Shown one piece after another: positions 36,777 to 50,900 of a stretch of 64,000 bases of DNA. How positions within the stretch are numbered: position 1 is the stretch's first letter; each line of letters begins with the position of its first letter. The DNA is from Bilabrum cf. latius (Eukaryota), in NCBI GenBank assembly GCA_965178125.1, contig OZ237754.1, positions 124,001 to 188,000 on the forward strand. Direction: 5' to 3'. The position numbers were made by a program, and so were the translations under genes. The notes under the pieces were generated by a model. It saw only the letters and a program-made list of their open reading frames with translations, was not told the origin of the DNA and searched no databases.

Positions 36777-38767
36777 ATGCCATTGCCAAACGATAACAAA
36801 CACCGAGTAGCACGTGCCAGTGGGCGTTCGAATCGTGCGTCCACAACTACGCGGAGTAAGCCGTTTTCTGCGGACGAGCAACGAAACCATATTGGTATTT
36901 GGGTGACCAACATATGGCAGCAGGGTGAAAGAGGCAGGGCACACGTGGACCGAACCCGACGGCTGGTCCAAGATCGCCTGAATACTGTCGAGCGTCGTGG
37001 GTACCTGTTGCAAGGTACGGCGGCCCAGTCAGACCAGAAAGAAATCAAACGTGAAAAAGAGAAGCTAACGAAGTCTCTTATTAGGAGCAAGGTGAACAAG
37101 GTGCCCTGGTTCGCTCCAATCTCAAAACGAATGACAGCGCAGTTGGGGTGAGCCGTCCCAGTCCAGTGTCTCAATTACCCGCACTGCTAGCCTCCTTCAC
37201 AATCCGCCCCACTCGCACAACACCTGCCTTTAATTTTTTTAATCGCAGCTCAACACAGAATCAATTCACCAAGTGGTTGGGGGAGAGGATGGTGCGCGCC
37301 GACAGGAGTGGGTTCCCGGACGTTCTGCTGCAACCACCCGGAAGTGTCCCAGCCGCTGCCCCCGCCACAGCCGAAGCCCCTCCGGCCTACGAGAGCACCG
37401 ATGATTCCAGGGGGTCTTTATGGAGGGCGTCCAGCCTGGTCGAGGAGGAGGGGGCGGACGAGGCTAGTGCAGGCCGAGCAGTGGTGGAGGACCCTTCACG
37501 GGACGAGCTGATTCGGCGAGCAATGCAATCAGCAATCGCTGCAAATCAGCACGTGCTGCGGCCAGCACCAGCAAGGCAGGGCGAGAGCACAGGAAGGAGC
37601 ACGAGCGTGGGATTGGATGGACCAGAAAGCACCCAGGCAGGCAGACCCGGGAGACTGTCGATTCGCTGGCGTCTGCCTGAAGCTGCCAGTGGCGGCGAGG
37701 AGGACGGTGAGGATGACGGTGGATTGACCCCGGCCAATTGGGGGTAGCGTGAAAATGAACTGGGCGTGCTTGGCTTAGAGCTTGAGGACTCTGGCACGGG
37801 ACAGGGGGATCCAGAGGGCACGGAGGACGTGCACAGCGCCGGGTCGGTCGGGACAGACGACCGATCTTCTTCACCGAGGGGTCTGGATGGAGACACCGTC
37901 CACTATGAATCGACCGGATTGGATCTAATTGGTTCGACAGAGACAAGTGCGAGGCAAGGGCAAGGGCAAGGGCAAGGGCAAGGGTGGGGAGGGCAGAAGA
38001 GGAGGAGGAGGATGTCAGTGGGAGTCGGAGGTGTTGGAGGAGGACAGGGATAGGCCCTTGGCGCCGGGCTAGCGACTTTCCCAGGGGTACCATATAGCAG
38101 CAGCAGCAGCAGCTGCAGCAGTAGCATTACCAGCGCAAGCACAGGCAGCAGCGATGTGCCAGCGACCATGTCGGGCGCGGGGGCCATGTCCTCGGAGTCT
38201 GCCTTGGCGATGGGAAGTGTAGACCAGAGCGATGCTGGGTCCGTAGATTCGTTTATGGGGGAGCTGCCGCTCTCGCGGGAAGTTCCAGGCGCGATTCCGA
38301 AGAACCTGTCTCTGGGAGGCGGCGGCCATGCAGTGGGCAGGGAGGTGAGCACACTGAGCTCTGCAATCTCGCAGGCTAGAGGGAGCGATTCCGATGCTGT
38401 GCAAGCGTCGGGATCGGCTGCTGCAGCCGCGGCTGCCAGGGGTGATGCTGGGATGGAGGCGGTCGCCAATCCCGTTCTTTTCGCGCCGGTGCCAGGCGGC
38501 GACGCAGTCGAGCAAGGCGAGCCGAGTGGGTCCTGGAGCTAGTCAGATATCGGCTCGGTGCCAACTTACTAGTCTGGAAGGGAATCCGCAATGTCCGGAT
38601 TTTCTTTGGACAGCATGGACAGCCTGGCAGGGACTCGCGCAAGAGGTCCTGCTGCTCTCGGCATGCCACCGTCTCGCGGCGGCCTTCAAGTCGCAGGCAA
38701 GCGAGCCCGTGCTGACGCTGCAGGCGCTGACTTACAGCCTTCCAAAAGACGAAGATAGGAGTCTTGA
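36777..38767 (+). CDS. Hypothetical protein, 2 exons (intron 37148-37248), basic N-terminus and low-complexity C-terminus; five in-frame TAG
   Basis: GTGAG...tttttaatcgcAG intron restores the frame; ORFs 37148, 37766 and 38156 are co-frame, joined by TAG; ends KRRR*ES-TGA. Confidence 0.65.
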
Positions 38768-38919
38768 CTCGTGCGCTTGCCGGGATCCTACCCAAGCGCT
38801 TGCAGCGGAGCACTTGCCGCGCGACTCCGAATCGATCTAAAGTTGCACAGTTTGTAATGAAGCAAGAATCCAGTACCATTTGATGAAAATTAGCTTATCC
38901 GTTTATATGCATGAGAATT

Positions 38920-41900
38920 TCAGGACTGGAGATCCTTCAACAGCTGCTCCTCGTATTGTCGTTGCTGTCGACGGCTCTCGTCAAACGCGACCTCCCTGGC
39001 GGCTAGAAAGGCATCCTGCCGCTAACTCCACCAACGCATGCCCCCCAATGCTTCACGAAGTCTGTACTACGCTGCAAATACGGGACTCATCACTGCTGGA
39101 CGGGCGGCGAGCAGCCGGCACGCCGTGCTGAAAGAGACTGTCCTCGCATCGCTGGCGGAATCGGCAGCTGCAGCCTCTGCGTGCGCGGTCTTGCTGGCTT
39201 CATCAACGGCCTCCTATATTAGAGCATTCACTTCTTGTGCTGCAGGAGCACTCGGCGAGTGCAGAGACCTTGCCAGCACCGCCAGCTCCTCAAGCGCCAC
39301 GACCTGGCTATCACGACCCGGGTCATGACCCGGGTCTAAGCCAGGACCCCCAAGAGGCACCACCCAAGAAGGACCTCTGGATGGGTCACCGTACAGGGTC
39401 CACCCGTCAATAGGCCTGCGCCGCTCGATTCCCGCCGCAGCGGCGCCACCCGCCCGTCTCCCCAGCACCCTCCTGATGAACCGCGGTGCGAGTACCAGCA
39501 GAGCCAGCTGCACCAGGGCTTTGGCAGGCAGCACGCAGAAGGTGCCGACCGTCTGCATGAACTCCGCAAAGGCCATGCCCTTCCTGCCTGATGGCACTGC
39601 CTGATCAGCCGCTCCACCGCCCTGTCTCCCGAGAGTTGCGATGCACTCCACCACGGTGGGTCTCGGCGCCACCTGCGCTGCCAGAAGTGCCTCCCGGATC
39701 GAGACACTCCCATCCATGTCCACGTCCAGCTTGCGGTACCGACCGTACAGCTCCCCTACGGCTTCCTCCGACAAGCCAATGAACTATATCGCGGACTAGG
39801 CGGCACGCAGCTCGCCCTCTGGAGGGCCCTTGCCGGTGTGCCCCAACAGTACCAGCAGCCTTCCGTGCATGGCCCTTGCCCTAGCGCGAAGGGCCTTGGC
39901 CTGGCTCAAAGCAGCGAGGTCGTTGGACCGCTTGAGCAACAAGAGCTCCGCTCTGGCTTGCGAAAAGGCGGCGCTCAGCAGCACGCCCTCCCAGCGCCGA
40001 GCCGCCGCCCTCATCGAGCCCACGGTACTGGGAACGTCAGGACATCCCGCATCAAACGAGAGCCACAGCTGCGCCCCTGGCCTTGTCTTCAGCTCCAGAG
40101 ATCCGTGCACCTTTCTGAACTCGAAGGCCTGGAACAAGTCGATCTGCTTGGCGGATGCGCGCCCGTCCAGGATCCTGAGCCCACGGATCGGCCTGCCTCC
40201 GCTCCCGTGCACAGTGGAGAAATGGGAGTTCGCCGACGTGGCTCGAGCTTGGTCTTCCCCTTTTCCTCTCTCTTCTATTGCCTGGGATCCTTTTCCTGGC
40301 TGCAGTCGATCCGGGCTAAACCACAGCGCCCTATGCCTGCACACGACCGGGTGCCCCGCGAACCTCACGCGAGCCTTTGCGGTGCTGGCAGCTGCCCCGC
40401 GCTCTGCCTCCGTGGAGCAGCCTCGAGGATTCGGTCCGATGCTTAAGGAGGACATGGCCTCCTCTGCAGACAGCGCCGGTTTTGCCCACAGCACAATCGG
40501 ATCCGTGCTCGGGTCTGGATCGTCGGGGCTGGCCGATGATCCGCTCGATCCGGGCCTCTCTTGAGCTCGTATGGCCTGTGCTTGGGCCTGCTGCATCAAT
40601 GCCGCAATGTCAATCGATGCTTCACCAGCGCTTGTAGTCACCCCGCCACGTCCGTGTGCCTTGTCGTCCTGCAATTGCGACACGAGCCCAGTCCCAGAGA
40701 TGGGGAAGTAGCACTCGGTAGGGGCACTCCCGGACAGAGCGCTCTGCTGCACTGCCATGGCCACGCTCTCGGCAAGCCCTGCCGTAATCACCAGGTCTTT
40801 GAACCCAAAGGCGATCTTTTCGTCAACGTTGGCGCCAGCTCTATCCTCTGCAGAGCTTGCAGACCCCCGCCTCACAAGGGTAGAGGAGCTCCCGAGGGGC
40901 AGTGACCCATCATGCATGCTCCGAAGCTTCCAAGGAGCTACGAGCGGCTGCAGGTATCGCTTGAATCCGTCCACATCGACTGTGGTCCCGTCTCCTGCCC
41001 ACGTTAGTACCGTACCGGAGCGTGAGAACACGGGCGGGGAATCCTCAGACTCAGCCTGCTCGCCGTACATGTAAGCATCGCCTGCTCCAGCGCCAGCGGC
41101 AGCGTAGGAATTTTCTATGTGCCACCTTAAGAACCTGCTGTGGTCTGAATCCGTGGCATCATTGTGAGTGGGTCTATCTCGTGCTATACTGTGCCCCGGC
41201 CCTTCAGCTCGCTCCGATGGCTAGGTAGCAGCAGCAAACGGAACCATGGCTAGGCTGGACCTGCGGTTCCTTTTCGTGCCCTCTTTGTGCCAAGGACTTT
41301 CACGCGATGCCTCCACCATTGCGAAAACCTCCTGTCTACCTCCCGAGAACAGTGCATTCGTCGATGGATCCGCACCATGCCCGCCCGCGTGCCCCTACAG
41401 TGCTGCCAAGAGGCTGCCTGGCTTAGACAGGTCTGTTGAGATGGCGGCGGATCCGTTAGGTAGTCCCTCATGACCTCCAGCCGAGGTTCCTGTAGCGACA
41501 GGCCGCTATCGAGCGTCAAGCACACTTCTGGGCAGGGGAACCAGTATGCGTTGATTCACTTCACTCGCGAGCTGCCCTGCCCTTTCTTCCACCATGCCCT
41601 GCGACTCGGCTGCTTGCTCCTTGGCTCGGTTCCGCAGCAGCGTCAGCTTGTCGAGATGTTGAAGCAGTCGGGACTCGTATTCACTGTGAGTGCGCGCGTA
41701 TAGGATGCCCCCGGCAATGCCGGCAAACGGATCCAGCATCTCGTCTCGGATGCCCACTCTGTTCCAGAACACGGGCGAGTCCTCCGCATCCATGGCAGCC
41801 TGAAGGATGAGCACCTTGTTGCGCACCGCCTCTGCCTATGGACCCCTGCGTTCCTTTTCATGCTGCACGATTTCCTTCCCAACCTTAGCTGGGTCTCCGT

Positions 41901-44900
41901 AGTATGGCGATATGCTTGCTAGCATCCGCAATCCGGCGGACGCCTCTTGTCTCAACCAACGAACTTCTGCTTGGGCTTGCCGATGCATCACCCACTTGAC
42001 TCGCCGTGTGTTTTCAGCTTCAAGATCTTGAAATGGTCCTACCCCATCTGCTGCGCCCTATCCCGAACTTCCTTTTGCACGAGGCGCAACATCTGCACCG
42101 CTCTAATCGCCATCATACGAGCGATTCGTTTCATCCCCACCCCTACCGTTGCCCGACAACCTGGCTCGTTTCGCATCTTTCGCCTCTTTGGCCGTCCTGC
42201 GCTTTGCTCTGGCCTCATCAAATTTGCGGAGGGCCACCTACCCCCCAGTCACCTCCTTGTCACGCAGCTGACTCTTCCTGCCACTCGTCCTCAGCGCGAC
42301 CGCCTCCATGGCACGGTGCATCGCCCAAGTGGGCCGCTTCCAGTGAGAGGTTCTGGACGCCACGTGGTAGAAAAAAGTTCTGCCCGAGCCGAATCCAATC
42401 TCCTTGTCATTGTCCACGTGCGCCTCCCAGTACCCAGGGAACATATCCATCGGAAACGATTTCTGTGCCGTCTCGTCGTCGATTGGATTCTCGATGTTCA
42501 GCAAGCTCTTGAGGTGCGCCAGCTTCTCCTACTCCTGCCGAGTGGCTTCATCCTCGGCTGCAATCCGGGAAGCCTCCTTGTCCAGCACGGTCATGCGGCC
42601 CACGGCCTTGTCTCTGTGCTCCAGCAGCTAGACGGCGGCCTCCCTCTCCGCGATGTCCTCCTTGCTGGTGCCCTCCAGCGCGTGCTGCACGTCAGTCTTC
42701 TTGGACTCTGCAGCGTTCGTCTCGAATATGATCCGCGCCCGCTCCAGGGCTGTGACGTCACTCTGCGCCGCTGCGCCGCCAGCCCCCCCGAACTGCAGCG
42801 CGAGCTTCGAGTCCTTCCCGAACAGCTTCTCGAAGTCCCAGTCGCGATCGTCCGTGATCTCGGCATCGTGGCTCTCGGGCAGTCCCCGTAGCGGCATGGG
42901 CGGAGGCCTCGGCGGCTGCTTCACCACCGGCTTGCGCACTAGCTGGAACTTGTCCACTACCCTGTGCCTTGTTCCTTCCATGCCGCGAGTGCGGGAGTGC
43001 TTCTGGTACTCCCGTCGAAGTGCGCGAGCGTGCTTGCGGTCTGCTTTCGTTAATTCTCGCCCTGCAAGACCATCTCGTCCTTGAGCAACGAGCTACTGAA
43101 GGGATTTTGCCGACTCTTTTTGTTGCAATCTGGCCTTCCGCTTCAGGTCTGCCTTTGACCTGCGCCGCTCGGCTGCTGCCTTGCGAGCGCTGGTCCTTCG
43201 TTCGAGCAGCAGCTGCTACTAGTTCTTGCTCGCTGCCTTGCGCTGCATCTCGCGCTAATATTCGCCGTCAGATGACGTCTCTCCTTCATCGCTGACGTAC
43301 TCCTCTGGTTGGCTCCTCTGCACCTGCATCCCAAACCGTGCGGCTGTGTGCCTGCCTGGCACCTCACTCGATGACCGTCGCGTGCTAGCACCTGAAGCCG
43401 GGCCCTTGCCTCTAGACGAACCCCTCGACACCGCGGAGTCGTCACTCACTTGAAAGCTAACAGTTCGATGCAAGCTGGACCGGCTCACCGCTCGAATCTA
43501 TTGGAGGCTAGAGTCCACGTTGACATCGCCGGAGGAGTACCGAGCCACGCTCTGTTGAGAGCCTTGTACAACGGCTGAGTCGCTCAGGGATTGATCGAAG
43601 AGGCCGATGTTGCTTGTTTGGCTCTGCATTTTGCGCGTCTAGTCCTACTCGCTATCTTCTTCACTGCCGCTATCAACGTGACGCGCGGTGCCAAAATCCA
43701 TTCGAACTCCAAACAGCCCGTACACCACCCCGAACCGTCGCTGCGGCTCGTACCAGAACCCAGGATTCCCAATGTCCTCGCCATCACCAGTGGCGGAGTA
43801 GTACTCGGTATTACGCAAAGAGACATCTGCGCGTGCTGGGCGAAATCTGGCGACACGATTTCGACGCTACGATTCCATGCTGCCTCTGGACTTGCGAGAC
43901 GTGCCCCGAGAGCGTAGTTGTGTCGGGCTGGGGCTCCTGCTTCGGCCGCGGCCCATGCCCCGGCTCGAGTTTTGGCTGCTTCTCGTTCGCCTCTGCCGCT
44001 TGGTCAGCACTAGAGCACACCCTCGTTTCTCGATCGCCGCCAGACGTGCCGCCAACAGCCGGCCCACTGCATCCTCCTTCTCTTGCTCCCGGCTCCGCTG
44101 CTGGAGCACCTCGACAAGTTTCTGCTCGTCCTTCGATCGAGTGGTAGCACGGTTGGAGGGATTTATTGACGCAACCAAGATGCGGTTCTGCTAGTCTGAA
44201 TGCTACTGCAGCAGTCTCCTGCGGCGATTGGCCCTATCCGCAGCACGTCTGGAGCGAAGCTCCTCCCTGTTCCCACCAGCAATCTGGTCGCCTATTTCGT
44301 CGTCTTCATCGTCAGTGTCCGCATCGTCCTCAAGCATCTGCTTCTCTTTCAGGTCATCCTCAACTGCCCTTGATGCTAGCTGTGCATAGCCGGACCTTCC
44401 GCTGCTGCCAGGTGGCCGATCCTGTTCTGACCTGATGAGTCGCAGCTGCTTCTCCATGTCCTCGTAAACGACCGGCTGCGAGATCCGCCCCAGCTACACC
44501 CCACCTTCAGTGACGGGATACTTTAGCAGTGCACCGGAATCGTTCAATGTCTGCATCCCGCTGGCCTGCAAGATGTGCTCGGCAACCTGGGCCAACATGG
44601 ACACTGGGTGTGGAGGCCGCTGGTTATGCTGGGCCTGCACCCTGCTGATGACGTACCGATTGTTGCGACGGAATCGAGCTGCCTCTAGCTCCATGCGCAC
44701 TCTTGTATACTCACTCAAGGCGCGTCTGTCATCCTAAGAGTGCCGCATAGTCAGCCGGACGAGCCCGCGCAATTGCTCAGCGCACCGTAGCAGCCTCTTG
44801 CCCTCAGTCACGCAGACCTGGCAGATCAACCTGCAGAGGCTCAGTGCTCGTTTCATGGCAGCCCTAGCCTCAACAAGAGCCGAGGTCATATATTCATGCT

Positions 44901-47900
44901 TGCGACGTGCCTCAACCACGGTCGTGTCCTCTCGAGTGGCACTAGGACCCGCATCCTGTCCAGCGGCAAGTGCGGCGGCCCGCCGGTCTTGCTGTGCCCG
45001 CTGCACGCGCAGCCTTATCTCGCTGTGCTATTGAGCGGATGCCTCCACGGCTTGCTGTGCAAGCCGGACTGCCTGTGCAGCGTGCGCAACCTGGTCGATG
45101 CCGCGCCCCAGCAACACTTCTGCCGTTCTCCCCTGCGATTGGATGCCCTGCAGAAGCGGGCCCTGGGCCTGGGCTCCGAGCAGCTCGAAGCTTGTTCCCG
45201 ATGCCCTGTCGCTGGCTTCCTCTTGCTGAATGGCGTCGATTCGCATCTCCAGGAGCTCGATTCGAGAGACCAGGCGGAGTCTCTGGTACTCTGGCTCGAG
45301 GTCGCTGCTCTTTGGCATGGACCGCAGCACCACCCGCATTACGGCGAGGGCGCGCTGGCACCTACGCCTCTCGACCGCAAGGGTGGCCGCCTTTGCTGCC
45401 TCGTGCTGCATGGCGTCTGACAGCTCCATCTTGATCTCCTCAGAAACTATGGCGGCCGCGCGCTGACGCATGGCCGACACGGCTTCGAGACACGAGAGGA
45501 TTCCGTTCATGGATCGACGCTAGTCTCGCTGCTCGCTGTGCTCTTGCAACTCGCCCATTCCCATCTGACCAGAAGCAAACTCGGCTATCTGGTCTCGACT
45601 CGCGCTGAGTTCTGATACGGAATGCAGCAGTGCCCGTGCCGGCTGTAATTGAGCATCTTCCTGGGGCTCGCGAGCGTCAGAGGACCCTGTCGGAGTGTAC
45701 CCTGACACTGGGTAGGGCGTACCGAGAGACTTGTTTGCTTCTCGCAATGGGATAGACCGGAGCCCAATCAGGTCTTCTTCGACCTTCGCCAGGCTAGATT
45801 CCACCATCCTGCGCAGAGGGTCGAGTCCACTTTGGCTGCCCCCTGCAAGCCTCTCGATGGTGTCGAACAGTCTGTCTGACAGTAGAGCGACCTTACGTTC
45901 GATTCCAGCGTCATTGTTCGATTGTTCTTTGTCGTCGAGTCCGCCGGAAAGTGCCCGCACATGGCTGTTGCGTGCAACGCGTGGCTGGAGGCGCAAGCAC
46001 TGCATCTGCACGGTGCGTATTGTCTCACGTGCGTCCTGCAACGAGCTAGAAACGAGCAGCACGAGCTCAAGGGGGTCCAAGCTCGCCTTGACACGGCCAT
46101 GGGCCCATTCAACGATCGCCTCCGCCCTGTCAAGTCCCGCATGTACTCGTAGCATGGCAGCAACGGCCATTGCCTGTCGCATGCGTGCCACCGACTGGGT
46201 CCGAAGGATCGCCCACTGCGCCATCCTGTTGGCTGTCGTACCCCCGGCATGCACGAACAGGGCGCTGATAGAAGCAACGTATGCCTCCAGCCTGCTTTCC
46301 TCCTTGGCTGCAGAGAGCGCGACATGAGCCGAGGACGCGATGGTGAGGATCTTGTACCTCTGGAAGGCCTTCTCGATCCGGCGCACCATCCCTCGACGCT
46401 TGCGAGTCTCCCTGGCGGACACGAGCCGGTGTTGGGCGGCCTCTTGCAGCTCTTTTTGCCTCTCAAACTGCGGGAGGGTGTCCTGCAGCGACCTTCGAAA
46501 GGCACTCACCATGCTTCTCGGCTGCAGCTCTTGGTTCATCTGGACCAGAAGGTGGTCCGTGCGGCCCAGAGGGAACAGCATCGATGTCTTGGAGGAGCGG
46601 GTACTCTCCAGCCCGGTTGCCATCAAGAACTCACCCACGGCAGATACGTCCGCTTTTCTCCTGTACAGGTAAGACTTGAACCTGCGCGGGCCCTTGCTGC
46701 GAACCTGGCCGATTGCTCCCTTTTTTTCGAGGATCGCCAGCGCCGACCTGTCTCGCTGCCCCAGGGCCTCCTCCTTCGATGCCCTCTCGGCTGCCTCCAG
46801 CTCGAGCGCGGCTTCCTCTCCCAACAGCTCCCTCAGGCTGGAGTTCCTGGCGTGTGCCGCCCTACTTTCCTCTTGTTTCTTCATGGCGCGCATGGCGGCG
46901 TGCCGGGACTCGGGACGGGTCTGAAACGCCATCACGTGCTCAATCTTAGGAAGGCCGAACGGATTGGAGTTGGACACCACCATGGTTTCCTTTCTGCTGG
47001 TGGCGAACCGGAGCTTGGGTGCCTGAGCATCTCTGCTGCCGGGACGATTGCTCGTGAAGTGGTCGCTGCCGGGTGTGCCTGGTACATGCTTCTGGCTGGA
47101 TCTCGGCTTGTAGTACTTAATGGTTCTGTCGGACACTTCGAAGTCTTGTCTGCGAAAAGGAGTCTTGCCGACTAGAATGGGGTCGATGCTAGCATGCAGT
47201 TGCGCCTGCTGCGAATGGATCCTGCTGCACTGGAACTAGTGCCGACCCAGCTCCATCAAGTGCCGCATGTCGTCTGGATCTCTCGCTGGTTGTCGCGGCC
47301 CATCACGCCCAATCATCACAGGTAGCCGCCGCTCTGGCTGCTGGGACTCTTTGTACGAAGGAAAGTGCCAGGTGGCTGGCAGTGCTTCGCCCTCATCAAC
47401 TTCTCTTCGCATCGGGACAAGTTCGCGTGACTGCGGACCTGCCTTGGACGCCTCGATCGCAACGGCCCTGGCCTTGCCGAGGGAGACTTGCCTCGTCTGA
47501 GCCTCCTTCCTGTATGCCATCTCACGCTGAATCGCAGCCGTGACTCCGATTGTGGTTGCAGACCCACCTTCTACCCACAGCTTGGCCTGACTACTGGATG
47601 CCAGGTGGAATCGGCCGTCTGGACCCTTGACGAGTGCGCTCGGCGTGCTTGGGCGGAGCCTTGCCTGTGCCTGCTGCATCCTAGCTCTGGATCCTGCGCT
47701 CTGCTGGCTGTCGCTGCTGCCTGGTTTTGACCTAGGGTAGCCCAGTAAGGCCCTTGCGTGCCTCTAAACATCTAGATTTGCCTCCATGCCATCCATCGCA
47801 CTTGCAAGCATGCCTCTTGGAGCATCCGATTCCGCCGATTGCAGAGGGAATGCTTCGTACCTGCGCTCTATGACCTCAGGCCCACTCTCTGGGAGCACCA

Positions 47901-50900
47901 CCTGCACCTTCAATCGGCCCCTCACGTCGTACTTTGGACCCAGCCCCATGCTTCGCTTGATGTGCCGGTCGTCTTCCCAGCGACCCATCAGCGCGGCAAT
48001 CCTCAGTCGCTCAAATCCGATGCGTCGGAAGCACGTGTGGCTAGACGACAGCATCATAGACGCTGCTAGCCGCTTGATCTGCGCCTCTCGCCGGGCCTCG
48101 ATTGCGCTGCGAATCCTACGCTCGCACCGTTTCAGGAACAGGCATCTGCGCCACCACAACTGCAACACCCTCGCTCGGTCGTTGCTGCGCCACCAGAGGA
48201 ACTCGCCCATCATACGAAACGCCTTGACGATAACTCGAGCAGCCCTGTCCACTCGTGCCCTCCGCTTCACCTCGACTCTCCAAGCGATGGTGTAAACGAG
48301 CCGCTTCTGCTTGCGCAGGCCGTGCAAGATGAGCCCTCGCATCTTATTCGCTGCGATTGCCTCCTGCGTCAGCTGCTGCTTCAGCGCCCTGCTTTCCCGC
48401 TCCAGACAAGCGCCCGGTATGGGCTAGAAGCCCAGAGCTGCAAACATTGGCGCTGGTAGGCTGCCGTCTGTTCTGGAACGCCCTCCTTGGGGTGCTCTGA
48501 TACTTGGAGCCTGAACAGTTCGAGCCACGACCTCCACGTTGGAGCGTCGAAGTGATGCTGTGCGAACGCAATCCATTCCAATTTGCGTGCATCCAGAAAC
48601 GTCAAGGCTGACTAAGTGTGGTGCCATCTCAAGCACAGCCTCCAGCTGCACAGGTTCCAAGGTCTTGCAGGCCCGCAGTGCGAGGCGGGCGAGAAATGGG
48701 AAGGCAATCTCAGTCTTGCTCTCGCTGTTGTTGGATTGCCTCGCCAGAGCCAGCTGTACGGCAGACTCAATCCTTGGCAGGTACTCCTCTTCATCCTCTT
48801 CCGCCTTGTCCCCCGCCTCCTCCTGCTCCTTCTCCTGCTAGTCCATGCCTATCTCAGGACTTGCCGCCAGGTTACGTCCCACCCTACTTGCATGCTTGTC
48901 TCGCGTGATATGCACGGACGCATCGGATTCGTCGTGCTATGTAGTTTGATCCATGGGGCACCTACCAGACAGATCCAGTTCCCGAAGCAACGGGAGACAC
49001 AGCCCAATAGCAGCCAAGTAGCTTCCAAAATCGCCCCTGTACGATTCGTCACCTGGTTCCACGCTAGGATCGGAAGCACCACCGCGTCTAGAACGGCGCC
49101 TGCTACCCTTCTTGTCTTCGGACGGACCACCTGCAGCCGCCCCCGCCTCCATCACCCGCAACATGCGGCACTGGCTCGCGAGGTAGAGGATTCCCCCGAG
49201 CGTGACTCTTCTCGAACACTGCCCCATCCTGATCCGCTGCAGGCCTCCCAGTGACTCGGCCACGCGGCAAATGCCAGCATCCGTCACCGAGGTGCATCCA
49301 GTGATGTCCAGTTCTTCGATGCCGGGGCAGGTCTCGCAGATCATACCCAGCCCATCGTCATCTAGCTGCCGCAAGTGCGCCCCGTGGAATACCCTGAAGT
49401 TAGCCATGGTCAGCCGCAGAGCCTATGCCAAGGCGCTGGTGAGTCGCACGCAGCCGCTCACCCTCAGGTCTCGCAGATCTTCGCAGTCTAGCACCAGGGA
49501 AGACACGTCGCTGTCTTCCACGCCAGCGCACCCGCTCAGATTGATCGCCGTCAGATTAATCCACACTGGCCTCAGGTGGTCAAGCCGGCGGAGCCTCTTC
49601 TCGTCTTTGTCCACCATGCGAGCAGGTGGCCGACCCGATGGGTAGTGCCGCACCTTAGCCTGGGTCTACGAATTGCTGCTGCGGCGATTCTTGCCTTGCC
49701 TCATCGAGTGGCTGAGCTGCGAGATGCTGGATCCCGCGGGCTGGTCCTCGATCGGTCGCGGGACCACAGGGCCATCCATGAGCAGTCCCGTCCTGCGAGC
49801 GATGTGCTCGGCTGCAGCCATGTCAAACAGAGGGGATTGCAGCCCGTCGCAGTACTCCAGCCTCATTTCCCGCAGATTCGAGCAGAATAGAGCGATTGCA
49901 GTCGTACTAACGGCAGTCAGTCGATGCGCATGCGCCGCTCGGATGGACCGTATGGCAGGGCTGTTTCTGCACAGCGACACGAGGACCTCATCCGTGACCC
50001 CAGCGGCGTAGCTCATGTCTATTTCTAGTAGAGGTGACTGCACCTCAACTGCGTATGGCCCAATGTGAGATGCTTGCAACGGCTGCTTGCCTGCGCCTGG
50101 CCCGAACGTACCGATTGGGCGGGGAGACTCGAATGTGTCCAGGATTCGGTCCGCGAACGGCAGCCTCCCCACTGGCTGCACTCCCAGCCCGCTTGCTCCT
50201 TCGATCCCAGCCGTGGCCATGCGCGCATCAGCCACGTGAGCGATAATGGGGGTCTAAGCTGACGATGTTGCACCGGAGGCTGGATCAGGTGCTTCAGGGC
50301 CCTTTGATTCGTGGCCGGTACGGCCAGTCTGCAGCTCCTGTTGCTAACTCTCACTGCGGGTAGCCAGCGCCAGCGCTCCGATTGGCAAGTATCCTCTGCC
50401 TAGGCCCCTGCAGGACAACCGCCGCAAGTCTACCATTTCCATCATGGCGATTACCAGCCCTCGGTTGGAGATCTTGGGGCACCATGACACGTCTAGCGTG
50501 TGCATCCTCTCTGTGGAGTCAGCCAGCGACTGCATGCTTCTGTCCGTCAGCCGGTTGCACCCCTCTACTCGGAGGCTCTGCAGGTCTGTACACCCCTTGG
50601 CAATGCAATCTAGAGCTGTATCTGTCAGATTGAGACAGTTTCGAAGGTCTAGAGTCACCACGTGCCTCATGTGGTCGATCCTGGGAAGCAGGCTGGCTGT
50701 TGTCTCGGTCACTGCCTGGCACCCCTCCACTCGTAGATGCCTGAGAGATGGCATGCTGCTCGCGAGCTGCAGCAGGGATCGCTCCGTCTATACCCTCCCC
50801 TGCTGCTCCCCGAGGATGATGCTCCTCGTCCTCGTGCGCGCGAGTGCTTCCACCATTGCAGGCACGGACTGCGGGCTCAGCCTCCAGCCCCTGCAGTCGA